Source of the DNA: Microcoleus sp.
GTDB lineage: Bacteria; Cyanobacteriota; Cyanobacteriia; Cyanobacteriales; Microcoleaceae
Reading direction: 5' to 3'
Assembly: GCA_052279835.1 (NCBI GenBank)
Contig: CP181291.1
Coordinates: forward strand, 1,216,001-1,280,000
Length of the DNA: 64,000 nt
This document shows positions 41,330 to 50,973 of this stretch, piece after piece. A program made the position numbers and the translations under genes. How positions within the stretch are numbered: the first letter of the stretch is position 1; each line of letters opens with the position of its first letter. The notes under the pieces are model-generated. The model ran no database searches and had not been told where the DNA came from. It saw only the letters and a list, made by a program, of their open reading frames with translations.

Positions 41330-42851
41330 ATGGTAGTAGCAGCACCAGTTCTATCGGGCAATCAGTCGATTTTTCAAGCTCGTTACGACAACTTTATCGG
41401 CGGGAAATGGGTAGCACCGACGCAAGGAAAATACTCGGAAAATTTGTCGCCAATTACCGGAAGACCAATTTGTCAAATCCCGCGATCGACCGCCGAAGAT
41501 GTAGAATTAGCCCTAGATGCCGCCCACGCAGCCGCATTCAAGTGGGGTAAGACTAACCCCGCAGAAAGGGCGCGGATTATACACAAAATAGCCGATCGCA
41601 TGGAAGAAAACCTCGATCGCCTAGCCATCGCCGAAACCTGGGACAATGGTAAACCAATCCGCGAAACCACATTAGCAGATATACCACTGGCGATCGACCA
41701 CTTCCGCTACTTCGCAAGCTGCATCCGAGCTCAAGAAGGGTCCATCGGCCAACTCGACGAAACCACCGTCGCCTACCACTTCCACGAACCCCTAGGCGTC
41801 ATCGGACAAATCATACCCTGGAACTTCCCCATCCTCATGGCCGCCTGGAAACTAGCCCCAGCCCTCGCCGCCGGAAACTGCGTCGTCCTCAAACCAGCAG
41901 GGTCCAACCCCCGCCTCAATCCTAGTCTTAATGGAAATCATCGCCGACTTAGTACCAGACGGCGTAATCAACATCATCAACGGACCAGGCGCCGAAATCG
42001 GCAAAACCCTAGCCACCAGCCGCCGCATCGCCAAAGTCGCCTTCACCGGCGAAACCACCACCGGGCGACTAATCATGCAATACGCCTCCCAAAACATCAT
42101 CCCAGTCACCCTAGAATTAGGCGGCAAATCCCCCAACATTTTCTGTGAAGACATCTGCGCCAAAGACGACGATTTCCTCGACAAAGCCATCGAAGGATTT
42201 GTAATGTTCGCCTTAAACCAAGGAGAAGTTTGCACCTGTCCCTCTCGCGCCTTAATTCACGAATCAATCTACGACCAATTTATCGAAAAAGCCCTCTCCC
42301 GCATCCGCCAAATCAAACAAAACAACCCCTTAGACTCCACAACATCCCTAGGCGCACAAGTATCCATCAACCAAATGGAAAAAATCGCCGAATACGTCAA
42401 AATTGGCCATGCAGAAGGTGCCGAATGCCTAATTGGCGGCGAAAGAAACATCTTATCCGGCGACTTAAAAGAAGGCTATTACTTCCAGCCCACAGTCTTT
42501 AAAGGTGACAACAAAATGCGGATTTTTCAAGAAGAAATCTTCGGACCAGTATTAGCAGTCACCACCTTCAAAGACGAAGCCCAAGCCTTAGAAATTGCCA
42601 ACGATACACTCTATGGTTTAGGCGCAGGAGTTTGGACTCGCGACATCAACGCCGCCTATCGCATGGGCCGCGCCATTCAAGCCGGTCGCGTCTGGACAAA
42701 CTGCTACCACCTCTATCCAGCCCACGCAGCATTCGGCGGCTACAAATCATCGGGAATCGGCCGCGAAAACCACAAAATGATGTTAGACCACTACCAACAA
42801 ACCAAGAACTTGTTAGTAAGTTACAGCCCCAAAGCTTTAGGTTTCTTCTAA
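41330..42851 (+). pseudogene. Aldehyde dehydrogenase (AldB/ExaC type) split by a one-base frameshift near 41900-41906
   Basis: ORF 41330 gives the N-half up to LKPA; another frame continues [12 protein letters not shown]...[25 protein letters not shown] to the stop at 42851. Confidence 0.85.
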
Positions 42852-43009
42852 AATTTTAAAGTCCAGAAAGGAAGAAGCAAAAAAGACCAACTTAAAAAAT
42901 TAGTCCACTCCTTCTTCCTCTCTGCCCTCTGCGCCCTCTGCGCCCTCTGCGGTTAATAAAAAAAAGCTAATTCAAAAACGAAATAAAACTGCTACACAAA
43001 CAGACTAAA

Positions 43010-43357
43010 ATGGAAACAATCGCCAAAGTCACTGCCACCCAAACAGCCTTAAAATTAATCAACTATCTCAAAACCCAACACGGAGAATTGATGTTTCACC
43101 AATCCGGCGGCTGCTGCGACGGTAGTTCCCCCATGTGCTTTCCCAAGGGCGAATTGATAGTTGGTGATGTGGACGTATTACTCGGCGAAATAGGCGGTTG
43201 TCCTTTCTATATCGCAGCACAGCAATACGAATATTGGCAACATACGCAGTTAATTATAGATGTAGCATCGGGACCAGGAGGCAGCGATTTTTCCCTGGAA
43301 GGGCCGGAGGGAGAACGTTTTATTACTCGTTCCCGCTTGTTTGCCAATGCCGATTAA
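43010..43357 (+). CDS. DUF779-family protein
   Basis: FHQSGGCCDGSSPMC, FSLEGPEG; usual neighbour of this ALDH type. Confidence 0.9.
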   Translation: METIAKVTATQTALKLINYLKTQHGELMFHQSGGCCDGSSPMCFPKGELIVGDVDVLLGEIGGCPFYIAAQQYEYWQHTQLIIDVASGPGGSDFSLEGPEGERFITRSRLFANAD

Positions 43358-43500
43358 GTTTGGTTAGCCTCTTTTGGCACTATAGCAATCTTATTGGTAT
43401 TGAACCACAGAGGGCGCAGAGAACACAGAGAAAGAGGCAACTGAAAAATAATAATATTTATCTTGACAAATTAGCCGTTTTTTTGCTAAGTGTCATCTGT

Positions 43501-43995
43501 TTAGGGCTGACGCATTTCTTCAATAAATGAAATGCCATCAAAAACGCCATCTTTAAAAGCTTGAGTGCTACGAACTCGGTGATTTTCTGCCAGTAATGTC
43601 ATTGTTTCCATAAAAGTAATCAGTGCGTTATCTTGGGTTTTTGTGGCGCGAAAGCAGATTGTTTCTTGGCCAGCATCCCACGCAATCGCCGCAAAATCTG
43701 AATAACTGCTAGAAAATAGTTTCAGAATTCTATTTTCAAATTCACCTTGAAAGTTTAGCTGGAGGCGAGAACCATCTGAGTATTCATAATTATTAACTTG
43801 TCGGTAGTGACTTCCCTCAATGGAGATGGTAAAATTACCGAAGAAGCTGCGCAGAAAATGTCCACGAGTATCGGTTTTAATATACTCTCCTTTCCACGTA
43901 CCGAGATGGCGCGTAAAAATTTCAGGAACTTTGTCTAAATCGGGAGGGTTGATAGGGCTGATGATATTTTGATTAATTACATTATCGTTACTCAT
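43501..43995 (-). CDS. Hypothetical beta-barrel (calycin-like) protein
   Basis: HLGTWKGEY motif and alternating beta-strand pattern; downstream of the monooxygenase. Confidence 0.55.
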   Translation of the reverse strand: MSNDNVINQNIISPINPPDLDKVPEIFTRHLGTWKGEYIKTDTRGHFLRSFFGNFTISIEGSHYRQVNNYEYSDGSRLQLNFQGEFENRILKLFSSSYSDFAAIAWDAGQETICFRATKTQDNALITFMETMTLLAENHRVRSTQAFKDGVFDGISFIEEMRQP

Positions 43996-44107
43996 TAATT
44001 AGTCTCCTGTTTAAAAAAACCAACATGGATTTTTTACGGTTGGGGGCGTTTTTTTTTACCTGTTTGTACGTTTTAAAGTTAGGGGCGAAACCGCCATTTA
44101 AATTTTA

Positions 44108-45178
44108 CTAACGACGACCTATTTTTAAACTCATTTCACGGCTAGTGCGTTGATATTCGTGGACAATAGGTAGTCTTTCGGTTTGAAAATTTGCTAGGGC
44201 TTCGGGAATGTTAGCGCTGTCTCTGAGATGTTGTGCTAAATACAGACCGTCTTCCCAGCCGGAAGTCATTCCTCTGGCGCGTGTGGAACTTTTTGCGTGG
44301 GCTGCATCACCGATGAGAATCACCCGCCCATCATAAATTTTTGGTAGGGGGTCAATGTCATAGGAAAAACGACAGACAACTTTGTCCAGAGGGGTTGATT
44401 CAATCACTTTTCGTGCATCATCGGGCAGTTTTGCCAGTTCTTGAGGAGGTATGGTGATGTCATTGGGTTGGAGTTTTCCTACTTCCGAGTCTTGTCGCTC
44501 TTTTTCAATAAAGAAACCCCAATGGGTGCGACCTCCTCCAATGTGAAAGAAGTTGGCATAAATTCCTCTACCGCGTACATACACAAAAAAGTTTCCTTCT
44601 GGACAGAAGCTATTGTCTTCGACTATTCCTCGCCAGACGATATCGCCTAAATAAAACAATTCTACGCCTGGAACGATAAATTGACGAACTTTGGAGACGA
44701 TTCCATCAGCGCCAATTAATAAGTCACCTTCCCACTGGGTTCCATCTTTAAAGTGGGCGATCGCGCTACAATCGGTTTGGGCGATCGAGGCTAATTCTGC
44801 ATTAAAATGAATACAACCAGGGGGTAACTCATCGAGGAGGGCTTCTAGAATGGCTTTGCGGTGTACCAGCATTCCTGGGAGTTCATTTTCCTGATAGGTG
44901 ACTGGTTCGGAATTGATGACACCGCCGCGCAGGTTGCGAAACTCGAATACTTTGACCGCATCGCCGGAGTTAATAATTTTTTGGGTTACTTGATGGTTTC
45001 CCCGATGCAGTGCTTCCATACCTGCTTGTACGATCAGAATACCACATCCATCGGTGCGCGGATTTGGTGCTTTTTCAAATAACGTAACTTGAAACCCTTG
45101 TTTAATCAGCAAAATCGCCAGATAAACTCCCGATGTTCCTGCGCCGATAATACCTATCCTGCTGTTTAAAGAAACCAT
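44108..45178 (-). CDS. FAD-dependent monooxygenase (salicylate hydroxylase-like)
   Basis: GAGTSG, LIGADG, LIGDAAHA fingerprints. Confidence 0.9.
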   Translation of the reverse strand: MVSLNSRIGIIGAGTSGVYLAILLIKQGFQVTLFEKAPNPRTDGCGILIVQAGMEALHRGNHQVTQKIINSGDAVKVFEFRNLRGGVINSEPVTYQENELPGMLVHRKAILEALLDELPPGCIHFNAELASIAQTDCSAIAHFKDGTQWEGDLLIGADGIVSKVRQFIVPGVELFYLGDIVWRGIVEDNSFCPEGNFFVYVRGRGIYANFFHIGGGRTHWGFFIEKERQDSEVGKLQPNDITIPPQELAKLPDDARKVIESTPLDKVVCRFSYDIDPLPKIYDGRVILIGDAAHAKSSTRARGMTSGWEDGLYLAQHLRDSANIPEALANFQTERLPIVHEYQRTSREMSLKIGRR

Positions 45179-45235
45179 CTGTACCTCTTGTGATTTAATC
45201 AGGAAGTCGTTAGTTATTAGTTATTATAGCCTTTC

Positions 45236-46192
45236 TCAGATAGATGAGGTGCAATAACAGCAGTGAGTAAACCAATTCCACAGGTCTTGCTCATCAATTT
45301 GCTCAAATGCGCTTACTATCGCCGAGTCTAATGCTTGATAGGTTCTCGCACCAAAAGTACGGAGAAGATACTTCAGCTTTGACCATACATTTTCAATTGG
45401 CGAAAAGTCGGGAGAATACGGGGGTAAAAATATTAACTTTGCTCCCGCTTTCTTAATGGCTTTTTCTATTTCTTCCCCTTTGTGAATACTATAGTTGTCC
45501 ATCAATACACAAGCACCTTTCCAGAGTTTTGGCACAAGTTTTCTGATGATAAAAGCCTCAAAAGTAATCCCATCTATTGAGCCTAATAAATTCACTGATG
45601 TCAGCAGTTTTTTGACAGATATTGCTCCCAATATCGAGACATTTTTGCCACGTCTATTTGGTTTAGGCCCAAGGGCTCTTGAGCCTTTTAACGACCGGGC
45701 ATATAATCTAACCATAGCTAGATTAACCCCCGACTCATCAATAAATATTAAATTATTCATATTCAGATTTCGGATTTGCTGCCAGAACTCATATCGAAGG
45801 TTTTGAACTCTGTCACTGCCTTTAGCTGAGGGGAAGAGAGTTTTTTTTTTGTAAGTTATGTTCAACCGTTGTGCCATTCTTCCCATTGTAGCCCTACTGA
45901 TATTTACGCCGATTTTTTGCTCGAGTAAATGACAGAGTTCTTCGAGGGTGGCATCGTTATTTTTTTCAATTAATTCCGCTAAAATAACCAGTTGTTCAGG
46001 TTTGAGTTTAAGTAGGCCCCCGCATCGATGAGTTTGAGGGGCAATACTTTGGGTTTGGCGATACTGTTTAAGCAATTTTTGAACGAAGCTAGTCGCCACA
46101 CAAAACCGCTTGGCTATTTGTCTTTGTGAGATGGGCTCACTATGGTAAACATTAATTATTTTTTGTCGAAAGTCAATAGAATAAGATTTCAT
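45236..46192 (-). CDS. IS630-family transposase
   Basis: MKSYSIDFRQKI, FIDESG, MDNYSIH, LPPYSPDFSPIE (DDE). Confidence 0.93.
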   Translation of the reverse strand: MKSYSIDFRQKIINVYHSEPISQRQIAKRFCVATSFVQKLLKQYRQTQSIAPQTHRCGGLLKLKPEQLVILAELIEKNNDATLEELCHLLEQKIGVNISRATMGRMAQRLNITYKKKTLFPSAKGSDRVQNLRYEFWQQIRNLNMNNLIFIDESGVNLAMVRLYARSLKGSRALGPKPNRRGKNVSILGAISVKKLLTSVNLLGSIDGITFEAFIIRKLVPKLWKGACVLMDNYSIHKGEEIEKAIKKAGAKLIFLPPYSPDFSPIENVWSKLKYLLRTFGARTYQALDSAIVSAFEQIDEQDLWNWFTHCCYCTSSI

Positions 46193-46230
46193 TTTTAGTA
46201 AGGTGTGATGCTTTTTACAATCAGGGAATA

Positions 46231-46368
46231 GCTGTGACCCGATCGACTGCTTTTGGCGATCGACTGCTGTGACCCGATCGACTGCTTTTGGCGATCGACT
46301 GCTTTTGGCGATCGACTGCTGTGACCCGATCGACTGCTGTGACCCGATCGACTGCTGTGACCCGATCG
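46231..46368. repeat. 17/18-bp minisatellite inside the IS, 8 units
   Basis: A=GCTGTGACCCGATCGACT, B=GCTTTTGGCGATCGACT; order A-B-A-B-B-A-A-A(partial). Confidence 0.95.
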
Positions 46369-46549
46369 GGGCTTCAATCACAAGATTGAATTAGAGCTGT
46401 GCGATCTTTTTGAACTAAATATTTTCCACTCTGTTCTTGTCAGTTACATTGTATCTCATCTACCTGAGAAAGGCTATAGTTATTAGTTATTAGTTGGTTG
46501 CAAGGCCCAAGGCCCAAGGCCCAAGGCCCAACTCTTCTCCTTAACTAAT

Positions 46550-47101
46550 TTAAGCTTTCGCATCAGTAATTAAAGCCAATTCGATTTGGTCTTCAGCGGT
46601 TTGACTCACTTTTGCGTGTAAACCTGGACCGAAAAAAGTAGCTATTTTTGCCTGTTTTTCTTCCCAGAGTTCCAGCGGGATTAAGGGGGAATGAAACTCT
46701 AGAATTAATCCATAGGCACCATCGAGAGAAACTTCCCGTAACCCTTGCAGCATCGGTCTTTCCTCGTCGGTAGGGGCCAAACCCAAGCGTTCCAGAGCAT
46801 CATCCAAGTGAGCCGGTTGACCGTAACGAAATCGGGTAACATCTTTGCGAACTTGGTTTTGAGTCTCCGTGGCCTGGTGTTCTCTCAGGAGTAGAACTTC
46901 AGGAGTAGTGGGTTCGCTAAACTCCGCAGGTTCGAGTTCCGCAGCTTTGAGGGCTAAACCCCCCAGCAACAGTGGAATACCATAAAAAAAACCCGCCAGA
47001 TTTAGAGTCGGTCGGTCTGTGAAGTAGGCGCCGAAACCGACTGCTGCTAAAATACAGCCCACAACTAAGGCTAAGTTTGCTAAAGAAATTTTACGGAACA
47101 T
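46550..47101 (-). CDS. DUF2854-like membrane protein
   Basis: GFFYGIPLLLGGLALKAAEL, RKDVTRFRYGQ..HLD, FFGPG; start placed at ATG 47101. Confidence 0.8.
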   Translation of the reverse strand: MFRKISLANLALVVGCILAAVGFGAYFTDRPTLNLAGFFYGIPLLLGGLALKAAELEPAEFSEPTTPEVLLLREHQATETQNQVRKDVTRFRYGQPAHLDDALERLGLAPTDEERPMLQGLREVSLDGAYGLILEFHSPLIPLELWEEKQAKIATFFGPGLHAKVSQTAEDQIELALITDAKA

Positions 47102-47416
47102 ATCAGTCAGGTAGTTAGCTGCAAGCAATAAGATACTTTCATTATTATCAGTCAAAAAGTCTTGAATAAATTCAAAATTTTACACAAAATACCTGCAAAA
47201 ACTGCTAAGCTCTAAGAGCGCGGGCTCAGATACATCCCACATCTGGTCTCTAGCTTCAAAAAAATTCTCCCGCTCGACTTGTCGCCAACACCTGTAAATA
47301 TCCGTGTTCATGGTGTGTCTTTGGTTCCAGAAGGCGATCGATATCACCAGTATCATTAAATTATATAGATTTGGGTTGCGATCGACCCTCTTACCCTTTT
47401 AACCAATTTTTTAGAC

Positions 47417-47677
47417 ATGATAAAAGACGAAGACAAACAAACTCCTGGAGCAAACAAGTCGGTTCTAGAGCAAATTAACTCGCTCAAGCGCGAAGATGAA
47501 AGGCTTTACAACATCTTAGCCATAGATGTCTGGGCCTTAGCCAAGACAATGGATGAATATCAACCAGGATTTTGGGCTGCGTTTATGAAAAATCGTGAAA
47601 AAGCCCTCAAGCGATTTTTAGCTGAAATGATGAAAAACAAGACCACAGATAGCAAACGTCCTCCTTTTTTGCGCTGA
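47417..47677 (+). CDS. Hypothetical protein
   Basis: 86-aa ATG ORF with protein-like composition in an otherwise empty interval. Confidence 0.6.
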   Translation: MIKDEDKQTPGANKSVLEQINSLKREDERLYNILAIDVWALAKTMDEYQPGFWAAFMKNREKALKRFLAEMMKNKTTDSKRPPFLR

Positions 47678-47972
47678 TGTTCGCCAACTCTGGTGTTGCC
47701 GGCGCTAGGGTAGTGGGGGCCTAAAACTTCAAGTTCGTTGCTGAATTTGAAATTTATAGAAAAGGCTAATTGAGGGAAAAATAGCCAGAAAATTCCTATA
47801 TTGATGGAGTAAAAACGCAACATTAATGGCTATATACTAGACAAGGTTAGAGATTTTGTTGTAAAATACAGAGATTCAAACCAATTCAATGTCATGGAAT
47901 GTTTGAGGTTGATTTGGGAAGAATAACTACAAGAAAAATGCTGGTAATGTATAGTAAATAAGGGAAAAAACC

Positions 47973-48140
47973 ATGGATGCACAAACAATCAAAGAGCGGG
48001 TAGCAGAAATCGAGAGCAAGCGGGAATCGCTAGTGCGACTACTAGATAGAACCGATTTGGGCGCCTTGAGAATAGATGTGAGTCAGGCGATAGAAGAAAT
48101 TGATGATTTGTTAGAAGAATTCAAACGCACTTTTAGTTAA
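47973..48140 (+). CDS. Small helical protein, 55 aa (not in the ORF track)
   Basis: AGGGA upstream; [55 protein letters not shown]. Confidence 0.7.
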   Translation: MDAQTIKERVAEIESKRESLVRLLDRTDLGALRIDVSQAIEEIDDLLEEFKRTFS

Positions 48141-48418
48141 GGGGAATTGGGGATTGGGAATGGGGAATTGGGAGTTGGGGATTGGGCAACCCCCCCCTGC
48201 CCCCCCCCAAGGGGGGAAACAATTGGGGATTGGGAATGGGGGATTGGGAATCGGGAATTGGGAGTTGGGAGTTGGGAATTGGGAGTTGGGCAACCCCCCC
48301 CTGCCCCCCCCAAGGGGGGAAAGAATTGGGGATGGGGAATGGGGAGTTGGGCAACCCCCCCAAGGGGGGAAAGAATTGGGGATTGGGAATCAGCCAATAA
48401 CCAATAACCAATAACTAA
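48141..48418. repeat. Heptamer tandem-repeat cluster (GGGAATT/GGGGATT, then CCAATAA) with three C-run/AA/G-run hairpins; similar cluster at 59247-59347
   Basis: Direct inspection; lies between convergent genes. Confidence 0.9.
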
Positions 48419-50595
48419 TTCATTACCATATCCATCAAAATTTGCTGAGAACTCACTTCCGGGCAATTAACAGGTGGCCGTCGCTGAGAATAGTGACCTC
48501 CAGGCTGCAAATCCCAAGCTTGGCGGTTGTCCGCCAGCATCACCCCCAAGATTTCTTGCAACTCCATGGCAATTGTGGGGTCTTCCACCTGAACAATCGC
48601 CTCAACCCGGCGGGTGAGGTTCCGCTGCATCCAATCAGCAGAACCTATATAAACTTCCTCGTTCCCACCGTTGAAAAAATAAAACATCCGAGAATGCTCT
48701 AAAAAACGACCGATAATACTGATAACTTTGATATTTTCGCTGACACCTTCAATGCCGGGACGCAAACAGCAAATCCCCCGAATAATCAAATCAATTTTCA
48801 CCCCCGCTTGGGAAGCTTCGTACAAAGCAACAATGATTTGAGGGTCCACTAAAGCATTCATTTTAGCCACAATGCGACCACAGGTACTGTTACCATTTTC
48901 AGTTGGCAAGCGACAAAATTCTGCCTCGCGACGAATCAGGGCCAAAAATCGATCGCGCATATTGACCGGTGCTACCAATAAATTACGATAAGATACCTGC
49001 CGTGAATAACCAGTTAAATAATTAAACAAGTCCGTCAAATCTGAACCCAAATCCTCCCGACAACTCAACAAACCCACATCAGTATAAAGTCCGGCGGTCT
49101 TGGGATTATAATTTCCAGTACCGATGTGGACGTAGCGCCGAATGCACCCGTCCTCTCGTCGTACCGCCATCAAAATCTTGGTGTGGGTCTTGAGCCCCAC
49201 CAAACCGTAAACTACATGAACTCCGGCCTGTTCTAACTTGCGAGCCCAATTAATATTGTTTTCTTCGTCGAATCTAGCTTTGAGCTCTACTAAAACAGCT
49301 ACCTGCTTACCATTTTGTGCTGCTTCAATTAAAGCACTGACGATCGGCGAATCACCAGAAGTGCGGTATAAAGTCATCTTAATCGCTAATACAGAGCGAT
49401 CGCGCGCCGCCTCAGTAATAAACCGCTGCACCGTAGCAGCAAAAGAGTGATATGGATGGTGCAACATAATATCGCCCCGGCGGATGGCGGTAAAAATATC
49501 TTCCATCTCCTCAGAATGGCTGATGGACTCGTCAATTCTTCCGGCTTCCGGGTTTCGCAAACGGACAGGGACTACGGGACTCCATGGGGGGTCTTTCAGT
49601 TCCGGCACAGGCAGTCCGACAAAGGACATCAAATCCTTGAGGCCTAGCAGCCCCTCTACGACGTAAACATCTTGCTCTCCTAGATCCAACTCGTCCATGA
49701 GCATATCTCGCAGACCAGGTGGCATAATCGCTTGGATTTCCAGGCGTACCGCAGAACCTCCAAACCTGCGTTTGCGGAGTTCCTGTTCGATGGCTAGCAG
49801 CAAATCCTCTGCCTCATCTTCCTCCACTGTCAAGTCTGCATTACGAGTAATACGGAAGGGGTGATATTCCTGAATATCCATCCCCGGAAACAGGGCCTCT
49901 AAATTGTGAGCAATTACCTGTTCTAGCGGCACTCCAGTCCAGACAGCAGATTTGCCTCTTTGTTGCCATTGCAAATCGGCCGGCAAGGGCAAAAACCTGG
50001 GCAAAACTTGGGGTACTTTGACGCGGGCAAACAATTCTTCCTGGGTGTCTGGGTCCCTGACTACTACTGCTAAATTGAGGCTGAGATTGGAAAGAAAGGG
50101 GAATGGGTGACTGGGGTCAACTGCTAGGGGTGTGAGTACGGGGAATACTTGTTCTTTGAAGTAGCGATGTAGGTAGGTGCGCTGTTCTTGATTGAGGTCG
50201 ATGTAGTCGAGAATGTGGATGCCGCTGGCTGCTAATTTGGGGCGGAGAGTTTGTTCAAAATAGGAGTGTTGCTGGGAAACCATAGGCAAAAGTCGTTTGC
50301 TAATGGCATCTAGTTGTTGTTGGGGGGTGCTGCCGTCGGAGGTGAGTTTGCTGACTTTTGCTTCTACTTGCTGTTTGAGGGCTGCTACTCGCACCATGAA
50401 GTATTCGTCGAGGTTGGAACTGAAAATAGCGAGAAATTTGAGTCTTTCTAGGAGGGGTGTGCGGGGGTCTAGGGCTTCGTGGAGGACTCGGTTGTTGAAT
50501 TCTAGCCAGCTTTGTTCTCGGTTGAAGTAGTATTGGGGGTCACTGAGGTTGATTTCGGTGTAGTTTTTGCTGGCTGTCTTTTTTTGCTTGGACAT
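48415..50595 (-). CDS. ppk1: Polyphosphate kinase 1
   Basis: YFNREQSWLEFN, SNLDEYFMVRV, HHPY, ELKARFDE, FLEHSR; start placed at ATG 50595. Confidence 0.97.
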   Translation of the reverse strand: MSKQKKTASKNYTEINLSDPQYYFNREQSWLEFNNRVLHEALDPRTPLLERLKFLAIFSSNLDEYFMVRVAALKQQVEAKVSKLTSDGSTPQQQLDAISKRLLPMVSQQHSYFEQTLRPKLAASGIHILDYIDLNQEQRTYLHRYFKEQVFPVLTPLAVDPSHPFPFLSNLSLNLAVVVRDPDTQEELFARVKVPQVLPRFLPLPADLQWQQRGKSAVWTGVPLEQVIAHNLEALFPGMDIQEYHPFRITRNADLTVEEDEAEDLLLAIEQELRKRRFGGSAVRLEIQAIMPPGLRDMLMDELDLGEQDVYVVEGLLGLKDLMSFVGLPVPELKDPPWSPVVPVRLRNPEAGRIDESISHSEEMEDIFTAIRRGDIMLHHPYHSFAATVQRFITEAARDRSVLAIKMTLYRTSGDSPIVSALIEAAQNGKQVAVLVELKARFDEENNINWARKLEQAGVHVVYGLVGLKTHTKILMAVRREDGCIRRYVHIGTGNYNPKTAGLYTDVGLLSCREDLGSDLTDLFNYLTGYSRQVSYRNLLVAPVNMRDRFLALIRREAEFCRLPTENGNSTCGRIVAKMNALVDPQIIVALYEASQAGVKIDLIIRGICCLRPGIEGVSENIKVISIIGRFLEHSRMFYFFNGGNEEVYIGSADWMQRNLTRRVEAIVQVEDPTIAMELQEILGVMLADNRQAWDLQPGGHYSQRRPPVNCPEVSSQQILMDMVMN

Positions 50596-50692
50596 GGTTT
50601 GGGGGAGTCTTGGGGAGGCGCAGAAGGAGACAGCAGTGCCCAGAGGTGTCAACTTAAGCTGTCAGCGCATCAATTCCGTTAGTCATCTCGCC

Positions 50693-50844
50693 AGTCCGTC
50701 AGGGGTTCAAACCCCTGTCTCATAGCTAAAGTCAGTTGAAACTGACTGAAGATTTGCCTGAAATCAATACACATCAACCAACTCTTCAGTCCTCTTTGAG
50801 AAGACTTTCGCTCCATCGGCAGGGGTTTAAACCCCTGCCGGACT
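50693..50844. repeat. REP/MITE-like element with palindromic inverted ends
   Basis: AGTCCGTCAGGGGTTCAAACCCCTG ... CAGGGGTTTAAACCCCTGCCGGACT. Confidence 0.75.
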
Positions 50845-50973
50845 ATTGGTTGTACCTGATTGTTGACACTAATGGGCAGTGCAGTGTCCCTACCCTACGA
50901 TTATATATGGTTGTCGATCGCGCGTTTTTACAATACCCGTCGGGAAACGGCATTGCCGTGTCCATGCCCAATA

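Larger units (their letters stand above)
45227..46476 (-). mobile_element. IS630-family insertion sequence, ~1250 bp
   Basis: Terminal IRs TAGCCTTTCTCAG(A/G)TAGATGAG; TA duplication at 45225-45226 and 46477-46478; removing it restores a TTAGTTA repeat tract. Confidence 0.93.

Noticed and set aside
46231..46368. CRISPR array or N-terminal extension of the transposase (ORF from 46381)
   Set aside because: Contiguous units without spacers; the extension is just translated minisatellite, and the IS630-like start is MKSYS at 46192.
48111..48466. Several overlapping ORFs on both strands (also 59176-59441, 20572-20841, 56883-57295)
   Set aside because: Translations of repeat DNA.
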